Assembly (NCBI GenBank): GCA_000708835.1
Contig: DF237531.1
Location: 1-56,452, forward strand
DNA length: 56,452 bases
Reading direction: 5' to 3'
From: Klebsormidium nitens
Taxonomy: Eukaryota; Plantae; Klebsormidiophyceae
Shown: piece after piece, positions 11,401-23,014 of the stretch
How the letters are laid out: every line of letters starts with the position of its first letter
Position numbering within the stretch: the first letter of the stretch is position 1
Notes under the pieces: model-generated
What the model was told of the DNA's origin: nothing
The model's database searches: none
What the model saw: the letters and a program-made list of their open reading frames with translations, nothing else
Position numbers and translations under genes: made by a program

Positions 11401-13572
11401 ATGCCGAGTTGCTGTTCCCCTCATTTTGGGCATCGCGAAACTGAGACAGCGCGTGTACACGAGTGTAGTGAAGGGCAAAGGAAGGGGACAAGGTTTTGGG
11501 TGCACTTGAACTAACGGTCCAGGAATATGTGGTCGGATCTGTACACTTTCTCGTTCTGTTCTATTTCATAAAGGGAGTTTTTCGAATTAATGTTTCCTCT
11601 TTGTGAAGCATTTACGATCCGAGATAGCGCAGGTGCACGAATGTATTGAGGAGCAGAGATAGTGGACAACGCGTTAAGATTGCCTAAGCGTGGGCTTTTG
11701 CTTTGGAGGCCGTTGGGAGCGTTGGTTCAAAAGAAAGTGTATCCAAGGCGAGATACTGACACACATAAGAATGCGAGGTAAGACCTGGAAAACTCAACTT
11801 CAAAAGTGCTCTCTTATTGCTGACCTCAACGATCTGCTGACATGTGCCAGGCGTCACCCTCAAGGGCGGCAAGCGCGCTGCGGCGTTGCTGAACCTCGAC
11901 GAGTCTAAGGACTTCCACGTGGAGTACGGGGATGACACATGTACGGTGGAGATTGTGCGGGACATCCAGGAGGCAATTGACCACATACACGCCCACGGGA
12001 GCTCGCATACGGAAGCAATCATTACGGAAGACCAAAAGGTGAGTTACTGATGGTCGGACTAGCCGCTTGGCGACGATTTGGCTGAAGCTGCAGCTCTAGT
12101 GTCGCTGGTTTGTAGCGTTCGCTGGCTACAAATGTAGAATGAGTTTTCAGAATGGCTTTTACCCCATGCATGCGTGTAAGAGTTGAGTACGTAACCGAGT
12201 GGATCATGGATAACGTTTTCGAGTGGATATGTTCTGGAGATCTGCAAAGAGTCTGGCCAAATTGTGCCAGAGTGCCAAGCATTCAGTCTGCGGAACGAAA
12301 TTAGACTGCTCGTTTTGCTCTGGGCAGCTGGAGATTGTTCTGTCTTCTCGGTGTCAATCGATGGCTATGGAAAAGTGGCCCAATTGCCTGCATACTCTTG
12401 CACATTGACTGCGCGCCCGTGCGGCTTAACAATTTCCTATCAGCACGGGCTATAAGAGGAGTAACCATTAGCAGAAAGGCATTACTTTTTTTTCGCAAGT
12501 GACTGAAACTGGTGTCAGCTTTTGAAGGAACCAAACTAGCGGGGCTCTGTCCCCTTCCCTAGCAGCTTTGCACCCTTGGTCCTGCCGTCGTTTGAGACCT
12601 GACTTTCCCCTTCTTCGAAGATTTCTTTCTCGTCAACTCCGGAAGCTCTAAGATGCAAGAGAAGCCGCGAACCCTCAAACGAGCGAGCTTATTGCGCTTA
12701 CTCTTTTCCGTCCAGGCTGCGGACCTGTTTTTGCGGAGCGTGGACAGCGCGTGCGTGCATCTCAACGCGAGCACACGTTTCTCGGACGGGTTTAGATATG
12801 GGTTAGGGGCGGAGGTGAGCTTCTAAACCATGCGGTTCGGATGTGGCGGTTTGGCAGTTAATGGCAGTTACGCTTTTGCTTCTTGTCTGGTCGTGCGAAT
12901 GAGTCCGGACTAAGCTACAGGCAGCGATATGTCAAGTGCTGCGAAAGAATTGCTGGATTATATTCTGAAGTTGGTTATCATCATCCTCTGTGCTTCTTTG
13001 GACCACTGTTCCGTTGCTTCCAATGTGATGGGTTGCCCATCTCAAGTCAACAACCAACTGGCAGCAAATTGTTACCGTGAAGATGGTATGCTTGCGATGA
13101 ATTTGAAGGATACCCTGCTCCAAGCTTCAGAACAAAGCGATTAAAAGATTGGCGGTACCACTTGACTTCAATTGGAAGCATCCTCACATTTCTTGGCTTT
13201 GATTTAGCCAAGCCTCGGCATCGGAGACGTGGCAGTATAGCAGCAATTTTCCGCTTACAGGCTTGCCTATCCAGCTCTCGTATCTGTCGAAATTGTCTTT
13301 GTTGAAGCCTGAATCAATGAACAGGATTCAACGGACACAAGCTCATTTTGCACTTCTATCTGCAGGTCGGCATCAGCACAAGCCGGATACACGCGCGCGG
13401 GCCCGTCGGCGTCGAGGGGCTGCTCACGAGCCGGTGGCTTCTCCGGGGGAAGGGCCACGTGGTCGCTAAAGACAAGGACATTAAGTACACGCATAAGAGC
13501 CTGCCACTAGTGGGCGACGCATCGGGCGAGCGGTCCGCCAACGGGATGACGACAGCGAATGGGGTCGCGTGA
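2473..13572 (+). CDS. P5CS: Delta-1-pyrroline-5-carboxylate synthase (glutamate 5-kinase + gamma-glutamyl phosphate reductase), 5'-partial
   Basis: GT-AG exons in consistent phase: 2473-2754, 3530-3781, 7322-7537, 8002-8139, 8644-8808, 9120-9374, 9881-9967, 10709-10985, 11851-12038, 12716-12814, 13366-13572 (722 codons incl. stop). Motifs [102 protein letters not shown]. The proline-feedback D/F pair is retained (TDSDF). The N-terminal exon was not found in the window. Confidence 0.97.
10165..11640 (+). repeat. Tandem degenerate copies of the acceptor and donor junctions of P5CS exon 10709-10985
   Basis: Exon-start copies at 10253, 10401 and 10561 (period ~150 nt). Exon-end plus GTGCG donor copies end at 11163 and 11329, with more decayed ones near 11440-11500 and 11620-11640. 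Confidence 0.9.
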
Positions 13573-15322
13573 GCTGATGTTAAGGTCATTTGATACACGT
13601 AAAACACCTTGGCTTTAGTGCGAGAGGGGTTGGGAAAGTGTTCCCCAAACGGGATAGCGATCGACAGCGAACAGGGTAGGTTGACCGTCTTCTGATGGGT
13701 AGCTAGGGGCAGTGCTAGCCGAGACAAGGGCACTTTGGGCGTATAGATTGAAGGCCACTGGAAGTCGAGCCCAGGTAGAGTTCCCGCTATATAGGAAACA
13801 GACGGACGGGGGGGGTAAATTGGCAGGTTGAGTCTAGGAACAGGGAACCTGAGCGAACCTTTGGGCGGCTGTTGGTGCTTCTGACGTACGGCCGGTCACT
13901 CAGAAAGCAGTATTGGCTGGGATAATTCGATCCAATCATTGGTATGGCATTATGGGATGCGGATTGAGTGTTTCACTGGACTCCTTCGGAAGAACAAGTG
14001 ACGGCTGCATGCTTGACAGAAAGGGCACGTAGTCGGGCCGCTTCAGGCCGGGCATCAGGTTATCACCATTAGGCGCGGCCGCCGGGCCGGAGCATATGTT
14101 CGTTCATTGCAAATAGCTCATTCCATGGCCAATTATAAAGCTTTGTTGCCGATTGCCAATTGCTGATTGCCAAAAGGTTATAGCCACCGCACTTACAAAC
14201 TTGAACCGATGTGACTGAGGGAGCATGCATGTGAATCAAGACGGCTGTCAGTATGGATCGATCTGCAATGCCGAGTGCTTTTTGAGCGCATGACAAAAAG
14301 CCTGCATGTGGCATTGGCGTCATGGTTTTCTCAAGTTGCAAGATCCTACTAGCCGGGTATAGCTAGTTAGCTTCGAACTTAGTCATGGACGTACGTCGGG
14401 TATTAAAGACTCATGCAATACATTGCAGACTCATATATCGATCTGCACGCGTGCTTGGCTGCACGCGGCAGCCGCCCGCCGCTTCTTCCGCTTGTACGTT
14501 TCTTCTTAGCAAGGCCGGGACGGCCGCCGGCCGCGCCTGTGCGTCAAGCAATTTGTTCTACTAGGCTAGGCAACTAGGCTAGGCTAGCTGCCGGTGTGGA
14601 CATCACACAATGATCATTGATACGCATACTGTTGATCAACCGTTGACAGTTGAACGATTGAAGGGTAAAATATGCACGCCATGAGAAGTGGTGCATTGGA
14701 AGGGATCGTCATGCAGACCTAGGGATTTGGAAGTCTTAAAAAGGAGACAAAACATGGTAGCGGTCGCAGTTCGTTACCTAACTTTGAATAAGCTCACAGA
14801 CCCCACACTTTACCGTCGAACTCTCCATGTAAGCCGACGCAAACCAGCAACCTGACGATCAAGTCGGAGCGTGGCCATGCACAATAAGTCCGCGATTTCG
14901 ACGCAGGCTTACCGTACTGAGTTCATTTATGGCGAAGTGGGACTCTTGACGCAATATACAAAGTCGAATATCTCAACGAGACTGGTGCAGGTGATTGGTG
15001 TAAGGTGGTCGCAAAATCTATCATGGATGATTTCTGGTAAACCCACCAAGAGAATGGTAACGGGGAATCAAACGAAAGAAGCACTTGTTCTCCGAGGCGA
15101 TTCGATCTTCTCTCTTGGCAGGCGTCTTGAACCCCATGCAAAATCAAATGTGCAGAAAACTCAGCTTAAGCCGTGGGTCAGAGATGTCGCAAGGAGAGCT
15201 CTAAGCGTTTCAACTCCGGCGAAGCGGTCAGAGATAGCGCTCCTCCACACATTTCTGGCTGCTTATCAGGGAGTTGAAAGGAGAAGCTTTTAGAGGTCCG
15301 CGCGCGCCTTGCCAGGCTTCCG

Positions 15323-18300
15323 ATGGTTTCTGCATGCCTCCACCAACCGCTCAGCTTTCAAAGCTTAGGCACTCCACAAGGAAAATCCCGCTGTAGTACT
15401 CTTAGTTCCTCCATCCTTGCGTCAAGTCCTCTCAAAACACAACTTGACTTCGCAGCTGCTGGGTGCTCTTCCAGTTCTTCATCCTCTCCTCTCCCTTCCA
15501 GTGGTATGCAAATCCAATACACAGGGGCCTTGGCTGGAAAGGTAACCAGAATCAGCGCAGGGAAACGCCCACTTGCTTTCTCTGAGCAAGCCCAACCGGG
15601 CGGTGCGAAGGAACCGGTAAAAACCGCGAAGAAAGAAGCCGCCGCGCAGCCCGCGCCCGGAACAGAGCACCGGGCAAAAATGGCGGAGCCCATGCAGGAA
15701 GAAACTCAGTACCAGACGACCTACCCGGTCTCTGAGGAGGGATCCCCCAGGAGTTCCACCGAGGAAGGGGAGCGCTTCAAAGGCCCCAGCCCGGCGATCG
15801 GGATCGACCTCGGGACGAGCTTCAGCCGCGTGGCGGTCTGGCACGAGGGCGAGATCAAGCTCATTCCGCTGGACGAGAAAGGCAACAAGGAGATTCCATC
15901 GTGCGTCGCGGTCGGGGGATCCCCCGACGACTCCCCGGGGGATAGGGTCCTCATCGGGTGGCCCGCGTTCGAGCGGGTCTCGGAGGGCGGGGCGACTCAC
16001 CGGGCGCGCCGCATAGTCGGGCGCGTGGACACCGACGAGAGCCTCCAGTCGGGGAGCCGCTTCTGGCCGTTTCTGGTGCAACTCCCGGGCATCGGAATCC
16101 GCCCGGTGATCGCGCTCAAAAAGGGCGACCGGTGGGAGTCGGTGACCCCCGAAGAAGTGCTGACGCTCCAGCTGCACTACCTGAAGCGCGCCGCCGAGCG
16201 CTTCCTGGGGCGTGACGTCAGCGACGCGGTGCTGACGTCGCCGGCTGCGTTCACGCGCTTCCAGTGCTCGCGGCTCGCGGCCGCGGCCGCGGCCGCGGGG
16301 CTGCGCGTGCAGCGCATCGTGGCGGAGCCGAACGCGGTCGGGCTACTCCACGCGGCGGAGAATAAGCAGCGGCAGAGCGCCCGGGGGAAAGCAACCGGGG
16401 AGAGAGAAGCGCAGGGAGAGCAGGAGGAGAGCGGCACGGAAGGCGAGCGGAAGGAGAGCGGAATGAGCGCGGAAGGAGAGCGGAAGGAGAGCGGCCCGGG
16501 GGAGGAAACCGGGGGAGGAAAAGGGAAGCAAAAGGAGCCGGAAGACGAGGAGCTGAACGTGCTGGTGTTCCATCTGGGGTCGGGGTACTGTAGCGTCGGG
16601 ATCGTCAGGTGAGGACGTCAACTGACGTCAGCGCTTTTCTCGTGTTTTGTGGGTATGCCGTTTCAACACGAAGCGCGTCTGTGTTTTCCGTTCCGTTTTC
16701 AAACGTTGCGAAGTCGGAAATTAGCACTTCGACGTTTCGCGGACTTCATGTCTCACAATTCAATTTGCTGAGGATACGTTGGCATTTGGATTTCCTCAAC
16801 ACCAATTTCCAAAGCACGATTGAAAGCTTCAGGTTCAAAAAGTGGCTCACTTGAAAGATTAACCCCGGATTAAGGAAGCATTTTAGCGCGTGCAGGTCCA
16901 GATGCGGTCGGGTAGACCTCTTGAACTTCTGCGCGCATCCACTGAGAGTGGGCCTGTCACTGCATAGCTTTGTTCTTTTCCTAGGGTGAAGTGACCTCCG
17001 TATAAATATGGAATGTAAGGGGTTTGCGCGTCATTAGATCCTTACCAGGCCAGGTACGGAGCTCCATCTCTGAACACATTATCGAACGCGTTCCCTTAGG
17101 AAATCGAGCTTCGAATTTGGTGCAACATCGGGAGTTTTCTTTCGACTGGCAATAGAGAGAAGCCAATTCAGGATAATTATTGACACAAAGTGAGAGCAGA
17201 AGACGACGCGCGTGAATCCTCAAGGCAAGTCATCCTTGTCCGCTACAAAAACGTATCGCAAAAGCGAGATTTGGATCCTTAGCGACGCTCTTGGTTCTCT
17301 AAAACCGCGCTTCTGATCAATCCCCACCTTTCCACGTTCCCGCAGCATCGACGAGGGCGTCTCCGAGAGCCGCGCGATCGCCGGCGCGCCGTTCGGCACC
17401 GACGACTTCGTCAACAACCTGGTCGCGCGCGCGCTCGCAGACCACCGCGCGCGCGACCCCGCGGCCGCGCCGCCCTCGGACCGCAAAATCCTCTTCCAGA
17501 TCTGGCAGACGTACCGGGAGGCGATGCAGGCCCTGTCGGAGCAGGAGACCGTCAATTTGCCGCAGGGATTCGCGGTCGGAACGACTCTCAACAGGGCCTA
17601 CTTCGAGGACGCGAACGCGAGCCTGTTCCGCGCGTGCGTCGAGATGGTCGCGCGGTGTCTGGCCGACGCGCGGCTTAAACCCTCGGGCGTGGCCGAGGTT
17701 TTGCTGCTGGGGGGGGGGACGAAAATCGCGAAGATGGATGCACTGCTGAGGGAGATGTTTAGCGGCGAGGGGGGGGGAGAACGGCGGGTGAAGAAGGGGG
17801 AGGAAGTGGACGATCGGCTGGTGAAGGGAGCGGCGCTAGAGGCGGCGATCGCGGGGGGGATGGAGGGGGTCGATAAAGACCTGCTTCTTCTGCAGATAAG
17901 CTTTCTTCTTGTCATTGTTTGTGGGCGCATCAGATTCGCCCGTTAGTTTGCGGCTTTTCCTCAAACCAATAAAGAGGTTTCTCTTCGTCCGAGCTTATGC
18001 TTTCGAATACTCTTCTCTGTGAGTGCGTCCCGGACACCAAGACACCCAATTTTCTCAGAGGCTTTAGCGTGGAAACGAAGCATCTATCCCGCTTTTCTGC
18101 AATGGTCAGGTTCGATTTCAGACGTTCCAAATTCTCTGCATCCAAATTTGCGAAGTCAATGAAATGTTTGAGCCACTTGACCTGTTCGAAGGCTGCCTTG
18201 AGGTCCGAGAAGTTTCTTGCTGCTTTGGGTTCGCATATATTTCTTGCTGAATCATCGTCCAGACAGACGAACCGCAGTGTCTAGAAAGTATCTCAACCGG

Positions 18301-21066
18301 CAGCATGCAAGCTTATATTCTCGAGGGATTGGCTCAAAGACGTGGGTTTAACATTCGCTCCTGCTGCAATTGTAGATTTAATGCAGCGGAAAAAGAGCGT
18401 CGACTGGTTATTAATGGCGTATCTTTCAGAAAGCCACAATAAGACTTCTTCCAAGCTTCAGTCTTTATCGGTAACGTGTAATGCTGGGATCAATGGGGTG
18501 TCGCTTAAGGACGTTCTGCGGGCTGGCAAGGAAGAAGAAAATTAGTGGGAGCTCACGAGCCCTCATCCTCATTAGCAAGTTCTGATGCCAGCTTCTGGCC
18601 TTTATTCGAGCTAGCAGCTGTGATTAGGAGGGACCAATTCAGAAATTGCTTGACGTCTTGCTGGCTCGGACCGACTGCTTTGATCCAGTAGTGTGCTTCA
18701 CGAAATAGAGCATACGCGCGCCAAATGGCCAAACACCCTTGCAATCTGTGGTTTATCAAACGTACTAACGTGGACTCGACAAAAAAAAATCCTTCAAAGA
18801 CAGTCAATCCAAACAACTTGAGACGAGATCGTTTCCTGGGTTATCCTTGCAGGGTATCAACCACCCGCTGGGCATCAAAGTACAGGGCGACATTTTCATG
18901 CCGATACTGCACCGGTAGGTCGCCAAAATCTTGGGTTTTACTCAGAAACTTGGACAATTGAGGCCAGCACCCTTGTGAAAGACCCTGCTTTTGTTGTTGT
19001 TACTTTGGAAAACCGTTCATTCAACTCTTGATTACCTTATCTTTAACGGTTCTGGAGATAGCTTTCGCATGCGAGGGTTCCTTTGAAGCTGTCGCGCTAT
19101 CGTAATTCGGTTGCAAAAACTCATCAGTTTTGTACTTGTCTTTTGTTTGACCCACGCGCTTTTATCTTTCCTGAGAACATACGATTCGAAGTGCGAGAGA
19201 TTTGTGGTGAATCTGGCTGTGCCTGTAATTGAATTGTGTACTTTTGACAACCCAACTTACTCACCGTTCAACTGGACCGGATTCGCTTGAACGTAGCCAA
19301 GGAAGAAGTGTTGTGCAATCCAAAAAACCACGACCCTGAAAAAGTTCTGCCCGACGAGACTGCAAGTAGTAATCAATCTAGTCCCCGGTGCATCGATCCT
19401 TACAAACATCGCGTATCCGCTTCAGGAACTCGCTGATCCCAACCTCCCGCGAGCTTATATTCACGACGGTGAACGACAACCAAGAAAGCGCAATCATCCA
19501 GGTAAGGCAAACGATTCAAGCTCAAGACAGATTCCTAAATCAGAACCAAGGCTACTGGTAATGAGGTTTCCCCCTCTCGAAGGGGAAAGGAATGAAACTG
19601 CGTCTGATAGGGAAGCATTTGTCTCACCCACTCGGCATTGCTCATTTAGGCTTCCGCCCATTGTCCAAGATTTCTCACTGTTGGGCAAGAAAGTGTAACC
19701 CGGCAGACTTGCATAGGTCCGGGTGTATTCAAGAAGAAAGAAGCAAAATATGAGTCTTCCTTCTCAAAGCATGCCCGTCAGAAAGGTAGCGCTTTGGCGA
19801 GTTCAAGTTGAAGACGCACTCCCAAATTCTGCGGTACAGCATCCGCAAAAATGCACATTTATTGTAATAATTGCCTGTGTTGAGCGTTAGTCGGCGTTTC
19901 TGATCTGCGGAACCTTTCACAAGACACATTTTTATGGGATGGGATGGTGAACCTGGTCGGAATTGGATCCAGCTCAGGTGCGGACTGAATTCTCGTCGAT
20001 GGTTTGAAGTGTACTGCTGTAATCACTAAACAGACGTCACGACGGTCCTTTCGCTGTCCTTAAGGCTCGCTAGGGCTGACGTCACGCTCGCTTGCGCCGG
20101 CTCATGTGTTCGAGCAGCGGTCCTTTCAGCAGAGGGTTTTCTTCAGCTGCTTCATTTGACTTCCCTATACGTAAGGCTGACGTCATTCTCGCGCACGCAG
20201 ACCAACGAGCGGGATCAGCCGGGCAAGGAGCACGACGTGGGCTGCTTGACCGGACGTCGTACTCCTATTCAACTCTGTCGTCGAGTTCGCTAAGGCTGAC
20301 GTCATGCTCGCGCGCGCAGATCTACGAGGGCGACCAGCCGGCCGCGGAGCAGGACGTCTTCCTGGGCTGCTTCCAGGTCGGGCCGCTCCCCCCTGCGCGC
20401 GCGGGCCACCCGATGATCACCGTAAGTTTCCGCCTGCCTTCTGTCGCCTGGTTTCTGGAACATTACGAGGGGAGGGCAGGCTGGTGTTGCGCGCGCGCGC
20501 GCACCGTGCGCGTAAGTGCGCGATGAAATCCGGTTGTCAACCTTGAAAAAGGAGCTAGGGCCGTTCTTACAGAAGCTCAACAAACGGACACTGATCATTG
20601 ACGTCTAGCGCAGAAACGGACATTGCGAACGCAGATTGGCGAACAGACATACATCTCGAAAGCACGCCACTCCTGTGCTAATCCAGAGCTTCCAGCGTCA
20701 ATCAGCAAACATCTCGTACCTTGAACCTTCGATTTAGAGCACAGCACAAGCAGATACATCCTCAATCGCACATCTCCCCACCGTCGGTCAGCGCGCAAAG
20801 TAATCTCAAAGCGGCCGCAAAAACAGCTTCCTCTCTTTTCCCATCCGCAGGTTTGCCTCGACGTCGACGCGGGCGACTCGCTGCGCGCGTGCGCGCGCGT
20901 GAACATCCCCGAAAAGGGATCCCCGGGGTCCGCTCCCGCGCCGCTGGTGGTGAAGATGCCGTCGGTGGACGTGGGCCACGGCTGGTGCACCGAGGCGCTG
21001 CGCATCAAGTACGGCACGAGCGCGGACGTCCGGCTGTACGAAACGGTTCCCGCGGGCGGCGTCTGA
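15323..21066 (+). CDS. HSP70-8: Atypical Hsp70, plant HSP70-8 (Hsp70T-2)-type
   Basis: Exons 15323 (or ATG 15680)-16608, 17346-17895, 18853-18914, 19426-19501, 20320-20421, 20851-21066. Motifs GIDLGTS, AVLTSPAAF, IVAEPNA, VLLLGGGTK, FTTVNDNQES, IYEGD. The C-terminus MPSVDVGHGWCTEALRIKYG matches my recollection of the HSP70-8 tail (MPTVDDGHGWC). No EEVD. One junction (17895/18853) needs a non-canonical AT donor. Confidence 0.85.
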
Positions 21067-23014
21067 AAGAGAGACGAATGAAGCGGCGCGGGGGATTTGG
21101 GCGGCGGGGGATTGGGGGGGATGTGGCGAGCAAAGGAGAATGACGGGCGCGATTTGGGGGCTTAGGAGAGCCGGGGAGGAAGGGAGGGGGAACGGAGAAG
21201 GTGTCTCGCGAATCCGATAGGCGAAGAGTGACAAAAGGCTGAGGGGGGGAGTTCGTGGAGGCTGGGAAATGGGAGTCAGGGGAATCGGAGAGGGTGCAGG
21301 ATTGAACGTCCAAGCTGTACGGAACGGAGCCTCGGTGTGTCCTCCGGAATGATCGAGGGAGAATATGAAATAGTGGGGGTTTGCTGGCGCGGTAGAGGAA
21401 AAGGATGTAGCTAGAAGGCTGAGCTTAACGGGATGGCCCCAGTGCCTGATAGGGTATCCCCCGAACCGATCTCCTCGCCTTGTAGATTGGGTTACTAAGG
21501 TAGTCATTTGGGCTGTCAAAAGCTTCGCGATGTGAACGCCAGTGAGCCCGCAGATTTGTTTGGAAAGTACGTGTGGTAAAATGACTTGAAGTAGGAAGGA
21601 AGGTGGGCGCAGTATTGAGTTACTTATAGCACACGCATCAGGACGTCGATCGGCGAATGTTCCAGATCACCATTGGGTAGAGCCAATTGCAAGCTGCCAA
21701 ACGACTGTGACATTTTGTACATATCAGTAGCCCGTACTCACGCTTCCAGTCATCAATCTAAATAAAGTCGTAGCGAGAGGCAACCATATGCAAGGCTAGC
21801 CCCTAAGTAAAAGTTTGACATGCAAGATCCAGAGCTTGGTCAGCTATAGACTTCTAGATTCATTCACTTTCCGGTGCTGCAGATGCTTACGGTATGCGCA
21901 TTAGTAGTAACGTACTTCAGAACCATGTGGGGATAGAGTTGCATGTTAGCTAGGTACCTTCGACGTCGAAGGTTGCATGGTTGCATGGCAGGTTCCGAGC
22001 CCTCCGAGTCATGGGAAGCCTCATGTTTTACATTACTACCAGGCGGTGATTAAAGCGACGAAACTGACGGTTGCAACGGCGCACGCGTTTCTCAGTGATT
22101 AAAGCTAGTCGTCAATGATTCTTTCAGTACTGTTGGCCAGCTCATCCTCCAACTGCAATATCTAGCGCAGTGTCCTAAATCAAACTTTGGTTCATTGATT
22201 GATTCGTTGAACATGCATGCGTAAAACTTAGCCTTCTTCTCGCCGGTCCATCGGAGCAATGCACATGAACTTTTTACAAAGAGGCCTCCTCTTTTCAGAT
22301 GTTGAGAAACATATTCGTGCATTGCAACGAACTTCATCTGGAAGAGGGTGTCAAGAGCTACTGGCGATATTTGGTAATATAATAAATGTCTCACCAGCGC
22401 TATCAATGAGAATGGTCATACAGAATCATGGCACATGATAGTGAACAGTACAACTTCCGCAGAATCTCATGAGCCGCATAAATGACAGCAGATCTACTAG
22501 CTCACGGAGTTGATGCAATCATGAGAACGACTAGTTGATCCTGCAATGACACTCTTGGGTACCATACAATACCAAGAGTGGGCAAAACATCTACGAGCAT
22601 CTACCTAGGAAGAAAAATCATATCAGATCACCCAACAGACAGTCCGACTTCTTCAATTTGACGTCATTGCATTCACTTACTGTCGTCATCTCAAAGCAAG
22701 ACGGTTGCCTAAATTTGAAGTAAGCTGCAGCAGTTTTGCCAGAGGAGCTAGGGGCACTCTGCTTTTACCCGTTTGATTGCTGTTTCCACTTCGCTGTGGA
22801 GCTGTGTTAGCTGTTTGAGCTTTGCACTTGATTCTCTTACCATCTCCCTTGCCGCTTCCCTCTGCAGATCACGCTTAGCAATGTTACTCAAAACACCCTC
22901 TCAATCTGGAATTATCCATGTATCCATCATCACTTGAGCTTGCTGTAATTGTAGGCACATAGGAACAACAAATACAGAGAAATGCTGTTTGATTGTGACA
23001 CTGTCCGCTTCTGC

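Noticed and set aside
10165-11640. Repeat-spacer-like periodicity suggesting a CRISPR array
   Set aside because: The repeats are decaying copies of the adjacent exon, the spacers resemble each other, the context is eukaryotic and no cas genes are present.
9850-20310. Frequent TGACGTCA palindromes as CRE/as-1 (bZIP) sites
   Set aside because: Several lie ~20-30 nt upstream of acceptors and match the CTRAY branch consensus; others are inside exons. No promoter context.
15358-21519. Antisense and alternate-frame ORFs such as 15479-16177, 17598-17930, 20806-21519
   Set aside because: Shadow ORFs of GC-rich HSP70 exons and G-rich 3' sequence.
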